From: an uncultured virus (IMG/VR IMGVR_UViG_3300046009_012017)
Taxonomy: Duplodnaviria; Heunggongvirae; Uroviricota; Caudoviricetes
IMG/VR virus record: IMGVR_UViG_3300046009_012017
Direction: 5' to 3' (one strand)
Length of the DNA: 64,000 bases
Position 1 is the first letter of the stretch. Every line of letters begins with the position of its first letter. Both the position numbers and the translations under genes were made by a program. Below the pieces are notes generated by a model that worked only from the letters and a program-made list of their open reading frames with translations, searched no databases and was not told where the DNA came from. Below are positions 38,473 to 48,977 of this stretch, in pieces.

Positions 38473-38830
38473 ATTTTTTATTAAATTCTTTCCATCCTAG
38501 TTCAGATCCCATTATTTTATTTTCTTCCTCTAGGTCCTTAACGTATTTTTTTAGAAGAACGATTTCCTCTTTTAGAATCTTAATACTGTCCGTACAATTA
38601 GTAAGGTGGTTTTTACAGTTTCCTTTGTGTGAACCCCATCTGGTGTTTCCATATCCAACAACAACATACTCACAACCCTCGAGTGTGTAAATTTTGTAAT
38701 TTTGGTTTACATAAATGGAGGTACTATCAAGCTTCATTTTTTTGGAATCTGGAGCTTCTTTACCCTCTGGGGTTTCACCACAAGAGAGTAGGATAGAATT
38801 TAGAAGGATTATAATTGCTATTTTTTTCAT
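38465..38830 (-). CDS. Lipoprotein
   Basis: ILLSC lipobox; GCEY...HKGNC. Confidence 0.75.
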   Translation of the reverse strand: MKKIAIIILLNSILLSCGETPEGKEAPDSKKMKLDSTSIYVNQNYKIYTLEGCEYVVVGYGNTRWGSHKGNCKNHLTNCTDSIKILKEEIVLLKKYVKDLEEENKIMGSELGWKEFNKKYE

Positions 38831-38857
38831 AATATGATTTATTTGATATTTTTACTT

Positions 38858-39388
38858 TTAATTTAAATCCCAGTAAGGTCCAAGAATAAATCTGGCATCC
38901 TTCCAATCTGTTATCTCTTCTTTATGTTTTCTACTGAATTCTGCTGCTTCTTCTGGCTGGCTATTACCCCACAAAGTTGATTGATCAAAGTGATTAAGTT
39001 TAGCCAGACGGATCATTTCGTCGTAATCCTTCTGTAGAATGTAGCCCTTGAGAGGGGTTATTCTCCCAACACAAGAATGGAGAGTAATTTTTCTTCCATC
39101 GTAAAGAGCATAGTAATAATCATTATCGTCGTCACCTATTCCTATAAAACGATATACTCTGTCGCTACAAATAACAAATTGCCCTTTTAGATCGTTAAAC
39201 TCTTTTGTAAATATTTCTAGATTATCCATTAATGCTAAATTATTCTCGAGGGATTTGTCTAATTGATTCATTTCTTCTTGAAATTCGGGATCGTTCTTGG
39301 TTTTAGCATCCTCCCAAGCTTCTTTTCTGTCGCCCCACATTATCCACAAGCGAAAAAAATCATATATTATTTTAATCCTCCTTATCAT
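38858..39388 (-). CDS. Hypothetical protein
   Basis: Probable start MIRRIK, overlapping the upstream gene. Confidence 0.7.
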   Translation of the reverse strand: MIRRIKIIYDFFRLWIMWGDRKEAWEDAKTKNDPEFQEEMNQLDKSLENNLALMDNLEIFTKEFNDLKGQFVICSDRVYRFIGIGDDDNDYYYALYDGRKITLHSCVGRITPLKGYILQKDYDEMIRLAKLNHFDQSTLWGNSQPEEAAEFSRKHKEEITDWKDARFILGPYWDLN

Positions 39389-39650
39389 TTCTATAAATTC
39401 TATCGTACGTTTCGTCCCATATTTTATCGACCTGATCCTTATACTTAGGATCTTCACTGACCATATTAAATAATTCCTTGTACATAATATAGCCAAATTT
39501 AAGATCCCTTAGATATGTTTTACAATAATCTCCTTCAGGATGCTGCTGGCAAGAAACAGCAGAGCAACACCCATCCTCTCCACAGGAGTCACATATTTTA
39601 CAGTATGGAGAATATTCTTCGGACAATTCTATTTTATTTTCATGAGCCAA
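39372..39650 (-). CDS. Cys-rich hypothetical protein
   Basis: CKICDSCGEDGCC...C...C. Confidence 0.7.
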   Translation of the reverse strand: MAHENKIELSEEYSPYCKICDSCGEDGCCSAVSCQQHPEGDYCKTYLRDLKFGYIMYKELFNMVSEDPKYKDQVDKIWDETYDRIYRNDKED

Positions 39651-39904
39651 TTTGTCAAGTGCTCATCTATAGTGAGTTCGTCCCATTCGTAATCAGTGAA
39701 TCCCTTTCTGCAATACTCGCCAAAATTTATAAGATCTGTAGCAGTAAATCCAGGGGTTCTTTTTAAAACATCTTCTACTTTTTGTGGTGAGATGTCTTCT
39801 CCTTGGCTTTCAATATCTTTCCATTCCTTTTCTATTGATTCGGAATCCATTGAGTTAAATTTCTCTGCTAACATAGCAGTTAGCTTCATTTCATTTAGGT
39901 TCAT
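39629..39904 (-). CDS. Hypothetical protein
   Basis: 91-aa ORF in operon. Confidence 0.65.
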   Translation of the reverse strand: MNLNEMKLTAMLAEKFNSMDSESIEKEWKDIESQGEDISPQKVEDVLKRTPGFTATDLINFGEYCRKGFTDYEWDELTIDEHLTNWLMKIK

Positions 39905-40361
39905 ATTGATTTATTTGTTTTATGTAATTTTCGTTTACCATTGTTTTCGTTGATCCTGATTTTTCATACTTGTCCACGGGGATCCATTTACTAACCATTG
40001 TGTCTTTATCTTTATATTCACAAGGGAATGCAATAATAGTTAATTTTTCTATATCATCTCCGTCACAATCAAGTTCTTTCCAAGTTGATTTATCAAAATA
40101 GTTCCTCAGTGCACTCCAATTTTCCATATCGGTAGTTAACCACTTATTGTCATCCAATCTTATTGCATCCTCGATCTGTCTTTGTATTTCTTGCGACAAT
40201 TGTTTTTTCTGATCCTCTGAGAGTCTTTCTCCGAAATTATTAACCAAATCTGCTGGATACATGGCAGAAGCTATAGTGTATCTTCCACAAAAGTATCTAA
40301 GGGAAGACCAGGTTAGGTCCCATTCCCATGAACTCAACGGCTTTATTTTCTTCTCTTTCAT
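39891..40361 (-). CDS. Hypothetical protein
   Basis: 156-aa ORF; GAAAC-N18-TATAAT upstream. Confidence 0.75.
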   Translation of the reverse strand: MKEKKIKPLSSWEWDLTWSSLRYFCGRYTIASAMYPADLVNNFGERLSEDQKKQLSQEIQRQIEDAIRLDDNKWLTTDMENWSALRNYFDKSTWKELDCDGDDIEKLTIIAFPCEYKDKDTMVSKWIPVDKYEKSGSTKTMVNENYIKQINQYEPK

Positions 40362-40440
40362 AAAAAATTATATTAAAAACGTTGGTTTAAGTTTCTTCTT
40401 CTAAAAATAAAGATCTTCTAAAAATAAAGATAAATATGAT

Positions 40441-40770
40441 ATGTCTGAAGGATATGTTTATTTGATTGTTGAAGGTGACCAAAACGGAGAAGAAAAGTAT
40501 AAGATAGGTGTAACTAAAAATAATCCGGAACAAAGGCTTAAAAAGCTAAGAACTGGAAATTCGAACGAGTTAGACATACTTAAACTTTATAAGAGTAGGC
40601 ATTACAAAAAAATAGAGAAAATATTACACCGCAGATTCGGATCACTAAGAACACTATCGCGGAATGAATTTTTTTATCTTTCTAATGAACAAGTTTTCAG
40701 CTTTAATAATTATTGTAAAGAAGCCGAAGAAATAATAGAGTCGTTATCAGATAACCCTTTTTTTAAATAG
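40441..40770 (+). CDS. GIY-YIG family protein (T5orf172/Mug113-like)
   Basis: GYVYLI, YKIGVT, R...L.TGN, IEK.LH, EFF. Confidence 0.85.
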   Translation: MSEGYVYLIVEGDQNGEEKYKIGVTKNNPEQRLKKLRTGNSNELDILKLYKSRHYKKIEKILHRRFGSLRTLSRNEFFYLSNEQVFSFNNYCKEAEEIIESLSDNPFFK

Positions 40771-41308
40771 ATCCACTGGATCCTATTTTTAATAGATTTA
40801 ACAAAGCCGCTCCGTCGCCTTTTAATGTGTCCATTAATTTTGCTTCTATAACTTTATCCAATACACTCTTAGGATTATTCCTATATAATCTGGCCATATC
40901 TACTGGGTATTCAACAAATGATTCTAAAAGATCACACATATGATCGTAAATTTCTTGTCCCCTTGAATCCTCTCGATTTGGTATGATCTGTCTCCAGTCC
41001 ACAAAGCATTCCAAAATTTCTAGCTTATTTTCAAGATCCCCGTTAATTCCCTCTAATTCATCTAATTTGTCCTTAATGGTATCAAAATCATACTTGAGTT
41101 CATCTCTAGAATCTTTCATATTGTCAAAATCGCACTCCAGAACAGATATTCTTTCATTAGCTTCGGTAACATCCCTAATTAAATTATAGTTCTCGTCTTC
41201 TAGTTCTGAGTTTTTATTCTCGAGATCCACAATATCTTTTTCAATATTCTTTATGGTCTCTTCTAGATGTTTTATTTTTTCTTGGAGTAATTTTTCTTCA
41301 CCTGACAT
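40763..41308 (-). CDS. Coiled-coil protein
   Basis: Long heptad N-terminus; TAACTTTG at 41323-41330 on the minus strand. Confidence 0.75.
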   Translation of the reverse strand: MSGEEKLLQEKIKHLEETIKNIEKDIVDLENKNSELEDENYNLIRDVTEANERISVLECDFDNMKDSRDELKYDFDTIKDKLDELEGINGDLENKLEILECFVDWRQIIPNREDSRGQEIYDHMCDLLESFVEYPVDMARLYRNNPKSVLDKVIEAKLMDTLKGDGAALLNLLKIGSSGSI

Positions 41309-41358
41309 AAAAACAATTTATGCAAAGTTAGAAAAAATAACGGGATATAAAAAATGAT

Positions 41359-41943
41359 TTATCTTTTCTTTTTCCTGTTTGCTTTTGCTTGTTGATAAAG
41401 CTTCTTGTCGTGCATTTTTGTTGTTTTCCCTCCAGTAACAAAAGAATTTACTCTTGCCATAGCCCATTGCTGTGGGGTCGTCCCAGGAATATGTCCAGTT
41501 TTCCATGCTGCATATCCTCTTTTCCAAACCTGTGTAAGTATACCTTGCGGGAATCCTGTTTTATCTGATTTATTTTTTAAAGCCTTTCTGACCGGACTTG
41601 ATGGAGAGGTCACTCCCTCATTTAAGAATCCTTCTAGTTCATATAAAGATGCCTCCGATAATGTGTCAAGAAATTCTATAAATTCGTTTTCTAATTCCTC
41701 CATGATCTTCATGTATTCGTAAGGATCTGTTATTAGATTCTCGCCAAACATCTGTTTGTATTTTTTGGTGTATTTGCTAGTTTTGGTTTTAACCGGTTTA
41801 CCCACGCCCGCTTTGCGCGATTTGTAATCAGCATCCCATGGCCCATAAGCAGAATCATCATCGTCTCTCTTATTAGCATGCTTTCTTACCTCCCTTTTCA
41901 TTACATTGGGATTGGTCGACAAATATTTCTTGGGTAATTTCAT
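41359..41943 (-). CDS. Basic phage protein
   Basis: RGYAAWKTGH.PG.TPQQWAMARVNSF; GATAAATA 4 nt upstream. Confidence 0.75.
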   Translation of the reverse strand: MKLPKKYLSTNPNVMKREVRKHANKRDDDDSAYGPWDADYKSRKAGVGKPVKTKTSKYTKKYKQMFGENLITDPYEYMKIMEELENEFIEFLDTLSEASLYELEGFLNEGVTSPSSPVRKALKNKSDKTGFPQGILTQVWKRGYAAWKTGHIPGTTPQQWAMARVNSFVTGGKTTKMHDKKLYQQAKANRKKKR

Positions 41944-42013
41944 ATAGTATTTATCCTATTTGTGTGTGAATTCTTTTTTTTTGACATCTGAAATTTCTAT
42001 GTTTGCGACATCT

Positions 42014-42397
42014 ATGACATTTATGGAATTTAAGAGAAGCAAATTCAGTAGAAAAGTAAGGAAGAAAAAAAGATTGGGGGAATTTAGGGTTTATGGATTT
42101 TGCATGGATGTTTATTGCGAATCCGATCCAAATGGGCTTATTATAGATTTAGTTCTTGATTTAATAATTTCTAAAGGAATCTATCTTTCCGGCGGGGGTG
42201 ACCGGGATAAATATTCATTCTTTGTAGAGGGGATAAAAAAGGAGGAAGATAGGGATTTCGTAGTGGAAGGAGTTAAGAAAATAGAGGGAGTTTCTAAAGT
42301 AGTAGATTATCCAATAGTCGATGTCTGGCACGATAACGCGGATTTATACTTTGATAATATCGATAAAATTAGAGAGGAAAATGGCCAAGAGAAGTAA
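42014..42397 (+). CDS. YggL-like (DUF469) ribosome-binding protein
   Basis: SRKVRKKKRLGEF..YGF, GGG, DVW match the YggL pattern; TATGTTTG at 41998. Confidence 0.7.
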   Translation: MTFMEFKRSKFSRKVRKKKRLGEFRVYGFCMDVYCESDPNGLIIDLVLDLIISKGIYLSGGGDRDKYSFFVEGIKKEEDRDFVVEGVKKIEGVSKVVDYPIVDVWHDNADLYFDNIDKIREENGQEK

Positions 42398-42905
42398 ATA
42401 CCCACAATTGATTTACGGTGATATTTTTACGCCGTGTTTTATGTCAGAGGAGGAGTTTGAAAAGGGATATAAGGAATCAGTATTTTATGTTGATAAGGAT
42501 TTTAAAAAAGAATACGAGTCACACATAGCTGCTATGGGTCACATAGCTAACATAGCTAAAACCTACATTTTAAATAACTGGACCAAGGTAAAAGACTGGT
42601 CAAATCTGGAGGTGGTTGTTGTACATGGACCTACTGGTGAAGCCACTTACTATTATTCTTACAAGGAAAGAATTAGGAAGAAGGATTACTCAACCGACAT
42701 ATTTCTTAAATTTGATAAGCAGAAGAAAAGAAATCAGAATCCAGTAAAAACTATCGATGAAGTCATATTAGATCCAACTGATGGTGACTTTTCTGTTACT
42801 ATAAATGGTAAGGAGCATTGGTGGATACAAGACGAAGCGATAATTATTATTGCTGATTATATTGAAAAGCAGATTAAGAGCCAGGATAATACAGAACAAT
42901 TATAA
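42381..42905 (+). CDS. Hypothetical protein
   Basis: Probable start MAKRSK. Confidence 0.7.
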   Translation: MAKRSKYPQLIYGDIFTPCFMSEEEFEKGYKESVFYVDKDFKKEYESHIAAMGHIANIAKTYILNNWTKVKDWSNLEVVVVHGPTGEATYYYSYKERIRKKDYSTDIFLKFDKQKKRNQNPVKTIDEVILDPTDGDFSVTINGKEHWWIQDEAIIIIADYIEKQIKSQDNTEQL

Positions 42906-42909
42906 AGAT

Positions 42910-43161
42910 ATGTTGGAAATTAGATACAGGGATATAGATCCGGATACAGGAAATATCACAAGAGACGAGATGGTTTGTCAATGCCCTACTGAGATGCTAG
43001 CCAAATGGGTATATTCTGCTATTGTTAAGGAGTCTCTTGATTTAGATGATCCTAATAGGGAATTTTATATAAAAAGTAATAAACCATCACTGGATGAAAT
43101 ATTAAGAGATGCTTATTTAGAAAACAAAAATGAGAAAGTTAGCAACAATTCAGAAAATTAA
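42910..43161 (+). CDS. Hypothetical protein
   Basis: Probable start MLEIRY. Confidence 0.65.
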   Translation: MLEIRYRDIDPDTGNITRDEMVCQCPTEMLAKWVYSAIVKESLDLDDPNREFYIKSNKPSLDEILRDAYLENKNEKVSNNSEN

Positions 43162-44152
43162 AGAAATCCATCCTATCGAAGGAGCGGATGCAATCGAATT
43201 AGCAATAATCAACGGATGGAAAGTTGTTGTTGCTAAAAACGTAGGACACCAAATTGGTGATTATGTTATCTACTGTGAGATAGATTCATTTCTTCCAATA
43301 AAAGAAGAATTTGAATTTCTTAGAAAGTCATCTTATAAAAAGATGTCAGATGGAACTGAAGGATTTAGATTGAGAACCATTAAACTTAGAGGCCAGGTAT
43401 CGCAGGGATTAATAATCCCGATAGATGTTCTTTTAAAGTATGGTATATCTTCTGACGATGTATACGAAGGATTAGAAGTGGGCGATATTTTAGGAATCAT
43501 CAAATATGAACCTCCTATTCCTGCTGAATTAGCAGGAAAAGTCAAAGGTAATTTTCCTTCATTTATTCCAAAGACCGACGAGGAAAGAATTCAGAATCTA
43601 ACAAAAGAATTTGAGGAATGGAAAGGATCTGATATAGATTTTTATGTTACTGAAAAGCTTGATGGGAGTTCTGCAACTTACTATTATAAAGACGGTGTAT
43701 TTGGAGTTTGCTCTAGGAATCTAGAATTATTAGAGACCGAGGGTAACACTTTTTGGAAAGTCGCTAGGGAGCTTGATCTAGAGAATAAAATGAGATCTCT
43801 CAGATATAACGTTTCTTTTCAGGGCGAATTAGTAGGAGAGGGTATACAAGGAAATCCTTATAAGATTAAGGGACAGAAGGTATTCTTCTTTAATGTGTTT
43901 AATATAGACAAACACGAATATGTAGATCTAACAGAATTTGTAAACACTATTCATGGATTATCCCTAGATACAGTTCCTAAAATAGAAACTAATTTTAAAC
44001 TTCCGGATACTATAGAAGAATTACTATTGTATTCTGACGGAAAATCTTACCATAATCCAAATTTCGACCGTGAAGGATTAGTTATTAGAAGTATGGACAG
44101 GAAGGTATCATTTAAAGTGATAAGCAATAAATTTCTTCTTAATGAAAAATAA
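43130..44152 (+). CDS. ATP-dependent RNA ligase, DRB0094/Rnl5-like
   Basis: N-terminal OB module (I.PIEGADAIE, YCEIDS, LRGQVSQG); TEKLDGSS, CSRN, QGEL.G, REG.V, FKVISN. Confidence 0.9.
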   Translation: MRKLATIQKIKEIHPIEGADAIELAIINGWKVVVAKNVGHQIGDYVIYCEIDSFLPIKEEFEFLRKSSYKKMSDGTEGFRLRTIKLRGQVSQGLIIPIDVLLKYGISSDDVYEGLEVGDILGIIKYEPPIPAELAGKVKGNFPSFIPKTDEERIQNLTKEFEEWKGSDIDFYVTEKLDGSSATYYYKDGVFGVCSRNLELLETEGNTFWKVARELDLENKMRSLRYNVSFQGELVGEGIQGNPYKIKGQKVFFFNVFNIDKHEYVDLTEFVNTIHGLSLDTVPKIETNFKLPDTIEELLLYSDGKSYHNPNFDREGLVIRSMDRKVSFKVISNKFLLNEK

Positions 44153-44179
44153 TATTTAGTAACCTTAAACTACTACCAA

Positions 44180-44668
44180 TTGAAAAGTCTTGAATATAGA
44201 ATGTATGGAATAGTAGCTAATAATATTAATTCCACACAAAAAGGAGTTAATTTTTCCAAGTGCGCAATAAAATATTGTTTAGAGCACGGGGGATCGGATT
44301 TTTTTATTAATTGGTCCGAAAGAGATATGGGAACTATTTTATTGGATGGAGGAACAACAAATTTTCGTAGGTTTGATGGAAAATATATTGGTAGTATAAA
44401 TAGGCACCTAGAGGAAATAAATAGGATTGGTATAAAAAATTCAACCTACTGCGACAAAAATTTAGGCGATCAATTAACAGCTATTGTTTTTTTAGTTGAT
44501 GAGAGGGTATGGAATTTTAAAAAATATCCTGACTATGAAGGTCCATGGTCAGATGATGGAAAAACCCCATTTGATATCCCGTATAAACATTGGCTATCAA
44601 AGTTTGGCGAAGATAGTGATAAAGTATTTTCTATAAGGAACTTCTTGAAAAAATTTACAGCGATTTAG
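44180..44668 (+). CDS. PTH2 (peptidyl-tRNA hydrolase II)-like fold protein, degenerate
   Basis: RMYGIV, ILLDGGTTN, LGDQLTAIVF; catalytic residues unclear. Confidence 0.4.
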   Translation: MKSLEYRMYGIVANNINSTQKGVNFSKCAIKYCLEHGGSDFFINWSERDMGTILLDGGTTNFRRFDGKYIGSINRHLEEINRIGIKNSTYCDKNLGDQLTAIVFLVDERVWNFKKYPDYEGPWSDDGKTPFDIPYKHWLSKFGEDSDKVFSIRNFLKKFTAI

Positions 44669-45685
44669 ATGACAAAAGTGAAAACAGAATCCGAGATAAG
44701 GGATAGAATAAACAATATAATTAAAATATCAAATAAGATGATGAAAAGAAGGAGAAACGAATACATTGACATGTCAGAAGACGATGATATGAACCCGATC
44801 GGTACTAATAAGCACACACAGTGGTCGGTTTTACAGAATGATGAATTTGCAGCATCGTATTCGTCGGTTTCGAGAGTTCCTAGTGGATTATATGAAATGA
44901 AATGGAATTCTAGTTTACAGACGTGGGTTTTATCAAAACAAGCGCTCAATATAGATGAACTGTACGAGCTCCCTTCTCCTGAGATCGAAAGCATACTCAA
45001 CGATATTAGATTGTTTTGGAAAAAAAGGGATGTTTATCGGGACTATAATTTTGTACACAAAAGAGGTATACTTCTTTATGGAGATCCTGGGTGTGGTAAA
45101 TCGGGTATTATCCAACTCTGTGTTAAAAATCTAATAGAGGAAGAAAATGGAATAGTGATAAACATAAAAGAAGATGAGGATTTTAAAGCCTTCATAGAGT
45201 TCGTTCCTACTATAAGAAATATCGAACCCGAAAGACCTCTTATTGTTATTTTGGAAGATATCGATTCATTAGCTGGCGAGGACAGATACTCGACTACTAA
45301 GCTATTAAATATATTAGATGGTGTTAAGCAAATAGAGAATGTGGTTTATCTGGCAACAACAAATTATCCAGATAAGTTACAAGAAAGAATAACTAATAGA
45401 CCATCGAGATTTGATAGAAGATATGAGGTACAAATGCCATCTAGAGAGATTAGGGAAGCTTATATTAAAAATAAATTAAGCGATGAAGATCTAAAGGGTA
45501 TAAATATAGAGGAATGGTTAGATGCTTCTGATAATATGTCATTATCACACCTAAAAGAAATGGTGATATCAGTTGTAGTAATGGGTAAAGAATTGGATGA
45601 ATGCCTATCCGCATTGGATGCACTATCAGAAAGACCAAAGATAAAAGGGGGTAAAAGAAAACCGGGGATCGGATTTGGTAATTAA
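44669..45685 (+). CDS. AAA+ ATPase
   Basis: GILLYGDPGCGKS, ILEDID, LLNILDG, TTNY, RPSRFDR. Confidence 0.92.
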   Translation: MTKVKTESEIRDRINNIIKISNKMMKRRRNEYIDMSEDDDMNPIGTNKHTQWSVLQNDEFAASYSSVSRVPSGLYEMKWNSSLQTWVLSKQALNIDELYELPSPEIESILNDIRLFWKKRDVYRDYNFVHKRGILLYGDPGCGKSGIIQLCVKNLIEEENGIVINIKEDEDFKAFIEFVPTIRNIEPERPLIVILEDIDSLAGEDRYSTTKLLNILDGVKQIENVVYLATTNYPDKLQERITNRPSRFDRRYEVQMPSREIREAYIKNKLSDEDLKGINIEEWLDASDNMSLSHLKEMVISVVVMGKELDECLSALDALSERPKIKGGKRKPGIGFGN

Positions 45686-45715
45686 TAACTTGGATATATA
45701 ATCTGAAGTTATTAT

Positions 45716-46783
45716 ATGAAAAGTTTCAGAGAAAAATTTATTGGCCTTACTGAGGAGCAAATCAAAATAAAGCATAAGCTTTGGGAGAGGGAGAAAGAAA
45801 AGGAAAGATTATTGAGAGAATCTCTAGAAAAAAAGAGGAGGATCCCTTTTAAAGAAGATGATGAAGGCGATGAAGGAGGAGGTTATGCAGGTAGCCTCGA
45901 TATAGGGGGATCACATGGAGTGGTTTCAGATGCTGCATTAGTTGCATCGGATGTAACTTTTCACTATAATAACGGTAATAAGGTTTTTACTAAAACTGAT
46001 CTATCTGGTAGATTTAATATACCTAGAAGTTTTGGTTCCGGATTTGTAATAGTTAATGGAGGGACGGATTCGGTAAACGGTCTAGATTATAAAGGACAAT
46101 ATCGAATAGATTCTGCTTTTTTTCACAAGTTCCTTGCAATAACCCCGATAACTCACATTGCTAGTCATATATGGGATTGTACACCAACAAGAACCCCGGA
46201 TGAAGCTATGAATTTGGTTATTGAAAATCTATCACATCTATCAGAAGTAAAACTTCCAGCAATAGATAAGAATTTAATGTTTAACGACGATCACGTTAAA
46301 CTGTCTTTACGAGGCGTTGACGGAGCTATACAGATACAAGCAATCAATACTATTATAGAAATATATTCGGACCTAATAGGAGCTTTAAAATCAAATCACG
46401 AGAGTGAAATAATAGCAAATAAGATCCAAACTTATAGAGAAATAGGAGATTCATTACTTGGTAAGGTCAATGGACAGGTCTCAATAAATTATATAGATGA
46501 CCTATTCAAATTCCATCTTTCAAATCAGGATAAAATACACGAAAAGTGCTGCTCCTTCTTAATAAACAAAGCTATAAAGAGCATAAATAAGGCACTATCT
46601 AAAGACATCATAGAATCAACCAAGGAAATACAGGCTTTAAATTATGCAGTAAAATCCGAATGGTGTAATATGTCACTTAATATGACTATGGATAAGGGAG
46701 CTACTCCGGAAAAAATATGGGAGGGAATAGAGAAAAAGAATCCCGCTTTATTGGCTAATTCTATAAATATCCCGGTTGTCTAA
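45716..46783 (+). CDS. Hypothetical protein
   Basis: 355 aa; GATATATA at 45693. Confidence 0.75.
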   Translation: MKSFREKFIGLTEEQIKIKHKLWEREKEKERLLRESLEKKRRIPFKEDDEGDEGGGYAGSLDIGGSHGVVSDAALVASDVTFHYNNGNKVFTKTDLSGRFNIPRSFGSGFVIVNGGTDSVNGLDYKGQYRIDSAFFHKFLAITPITHIASHIWDCTPTRTPDEAMNLVIENLSHLSEVKLPAIDKNLMFNDDHVKLSLRGVDGAIQIQAINTIIEIYSDLIGALKSNHESEIIANKIQTYREIGDSLLGKVNGQVSINYIDDLFKFHLSNQDKIHEKCCSFLINKAIKSINKALSKDIIESTKEIQALNYAVKSEWCNMSLNMTMDKGATPEKIWEGIEKKNPALLANSINIPVV

Positions 46784-47377
46784 TTATTTATGGTGATCTA
46801 AATCCGTTGGATAATCAACTATCTTGTCCATTGTTCTTTTTAGATCTTCGAATGAATAAGGTCTAAATTCATTAGTATCTACACCGACATCCATTGTTCT
46901 TCTGCGTTTTGATTTTGTCCACCATTCATCATCTTTTAAATTGTTGTGACAGTGTCCGTACAAATGCCAAGATCCTTTATGGTATTTGTTCCATATTTTC
47001 ATTGGCCAATGGCTAAGAACAATAAAATTCTTCTCTATTTCTATTTCTAAATAAGAATTGACACTCTGAAATATTTCTTGACAATTATCTCTATTCTTGT
47101 AAATGTGCTCGTCATGATTACCCAATATAAGATGCACATTATTACAAATTATTCTCTCTCTAAATTTGAAAATGTTCTCCACACCACCAAAGCTCCAATC
47201 TCCCAGGTGATAAAGGGTATCCTCCTGCCCAACTACAGAATTTATAGAATCAACTATTTTCTCGTTGTGCTCCTCTAGGGTTTTAAAATTCCTGCATTGA
47301 TTTCCATCAGGCCAGCTAGTAACACCCCTAACTATGTTCTTGTGTCCGTAATGTGTGTCTGAAGTAAAATATATCAT
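46784..47377 (-). CDS. Metallophosphoesterase
   Basis: FTSDTHYGH, HLGD, GNHD, HLYGHCH, DVGVD. Confidence 0.9.
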   Translation of the reverse strand: MIYFTSDTHYGHKNIVRGVTSWPDGNQCRNFKTLEEHNEKIVDSINSVVGQEDTLYHLGDWSFGGVENIFKFRERIICNNVHLILGNHDEHIYKNRDNCQEIFQSVNSYLEIEIEKNFIVLSHWPMKIWNKYHKGSWHLYGHCHNNLKDDEWWTKSKRRRTMDVGVDTNEFRPYSFEDLKRTMDKIVDYPTDLDHHK

Positions 47378-47443
47378 AAAAATTATATTAGTTAAACAGC
47401 ATTGTGTTCCGGAACTTTTGCTATAATAACTCGTAAAAATAAT

Positions 47444-47770
47444 ATGGATTTTAAGGACTTCAAAGAATGTATAGATAATTTAGTCATTATGTCTAATAAA
47501 AATAGGGAAGCCTATAAAATAGGGATAGACATATTAGATTATCACGACCCGTACGATAAGGCCATTAATATTTTATTTGAACAAATACTCACAGAAGAGG
47601 GGATGGATTGGTTGGGGTGGTATTTATACGAAAAAGATGGTATCTCGGGAAATCCAAGAAAGGATATGAAAGCATGGGATAATAGCAAAGAAATTTGTAA
47701 AAATCTCAATGATCTTCATTCCTATTTAACTAGAAATAACTATTTTAGACGAAATGCAGGAAACGAATAA
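47444..47770 (+). CDS. Hypothetical protein
   Basis: Probable start MDFKDF. Confidence 0.7.
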   Translation: MDFKDFKECIDNLVIMSNKNREAYKIGIDILDYHDPYDKAINILFEQILTEEGMDWLGWYLYEKDGISGNPRKDMKAWDNSKEICKNLNDLHSYLTRNNYFRRNAGNE

Positions 47771-47966
47771 ATCAATAATTAACTGGGAACTCCATCAGAA
47801 GTTTCTCAAAAAGAAAAAGATCGAAAAGGATTTTAAATACAAAAAATACAAAAAAGATCCTAAAAAAAAGAAGAGCGGATTTTTTAAAAGAGCACTTCTG
47901 AAAATTAAAAGTGTTTTTTACAAGTTAATCAATACGATAAAAAATGGAAAACAGACCCGGCTCTAA
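47754..47966 (+). CDS. Small Lys-rich protein
   Basis: Overlapping operon ORF. Confidence 0.55.
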   Translation: MQETNKSIINWELHQKFLKKKKIEKDFKYKKYKKDPKKKKSGFFKRALLKIKSVFYKLINTIKNGKQTRL

Positions 47967-48171
47967 ACCTAAGCCCTCTTTAGTAATGGATGGCGAAAAA
48001 TATATCATAGACGATATATTCATTTCTGAATTAGGGTATCTTATGGTAAAATTATACTCAAGAGAAAAAAAAACATACACAACATATAATCTGGGAAACT
48101 ATAATCCTGAGGATAATTTTTTAAAAGATGCAATTGAAAAAGAAAGAATTACAAGAAATAGTACTAATTAA
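47944..48171 (+). CDS. Hypothetical protein
   Basis: Overlapping operon ORF. Confidence 0.6.
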   Translation: MENRPGSKPKPSLVMDGEKYIIDDIFISELGYLMVKLYSREKKTYTTYNLGNYNPEDNFLKDAIEKERITRNSTN

Positions 48172-48643
48172 TATCGAAGGCCCGATACTTAAATTAAAAA
48201 GAGCGGAAGACGATAATTATGTACTTTATGATAAAGAAGACAGCATAGTAGATATTCTTTCGTATAAGAAGGTAATAGACTTTATTTTCAATAAAATGCC
48301 ATTAACTTACACCGATGGAAAACAGATATTATATACGGACTTTAATCCTAAAGACCGGGCTAATAGGGGTGAACTCGCTAGATTCCTTTTTGGTAAAGGC
48401 GTAGCCACTGGATTTTTGGAATTTAGTAAAGAAAATGGCCAATGGCTTTCTCCTGTACCAGAGGAAAGGGAATGGCAAGAAGATGTGCTAAAAGAACTTT
48501 TCCCAAGCTATCCTAATGCTGCTCCTAAATGGCAATATTTAAACGGGCTTCTTCAGATAGCTCTCAGATACAAAGAGGGTATTGAGATAGATCCAGAAGT
48601 TAATAACAATAGCGAAGAACTAGAAGATGACGAAAATGGCTAA
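48128..48643 (+). CDS. Hypothetical protein
   Basis: 171-aa ORF. Confidence 0.65.
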   Translation: MQLKKKELQEIVLINIEGPILKLKRAEDDNYVLYDKEDSIVDILSYKKVIDFIFNKMPLTYTDGKQILYTDFNPKDRANRGELARFLFGKGVATGFLEFSKENGQWLSPVPEEREWQEDVLKELFPSYPNAAPKWQYLNGLLQIALRYKEGIEIDPEVNNNSEELEDDENG

Positions 48644-48974
48644 GAAATTAATATACGTTGCATCTCCATATTCTAATCCTGATGATAGAGTAAGACACGA
48701 GAATTACTTAATAGTTACAAAAATAGTTGCAGATCTGGTCTCAAGGGGACACGTAGCTATATCTCCAATAACTTATGGGCACATCCTTTTAGAGCATGCT
48801 AAAATGCCTACCGATTGGGAATTCTGGAATGATTTCTGTTTAACCCTTTTAGAAAAGTGCGACAAATTACTAGTTTGTAATACAATGGTAGGGTGGGATA
48901 AATCCAAAGGACTTGCAGAAGAATTAAAATTCGCAGAAAAAAGAGGTATAGAAATCGAGTATTTAAAAAAGTAA
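48636..48974 (+). CDS. DUF1937 / nucleoside 2-deoxyribosyltransferase-like protein
   Basis: IYVASPYS, SPI..GH, W...C..LL..CD, GW..SKG...E. Confidence 0.8.
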   Translation: MAKKLIYVASPYSNPDDRVRHENYLIVTKIVADLVSRGHVAISPITYGHILLEHAKMPTDWEFWNDFCLTLLEKCDKLLVCNTMVGWDKSKGLAEELKFAEKRGIEIEYLKK

Positions 48975-48977
48975 GAA

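Noticed and set aside
40396..40430. 17-bp direct duplication TCTTCTAAAAATAAAGA upstream of the GIY-YIG gene
   Set aside because: Two adjacent AT-rich copies only; consistent with simple slippage and does not flank an element
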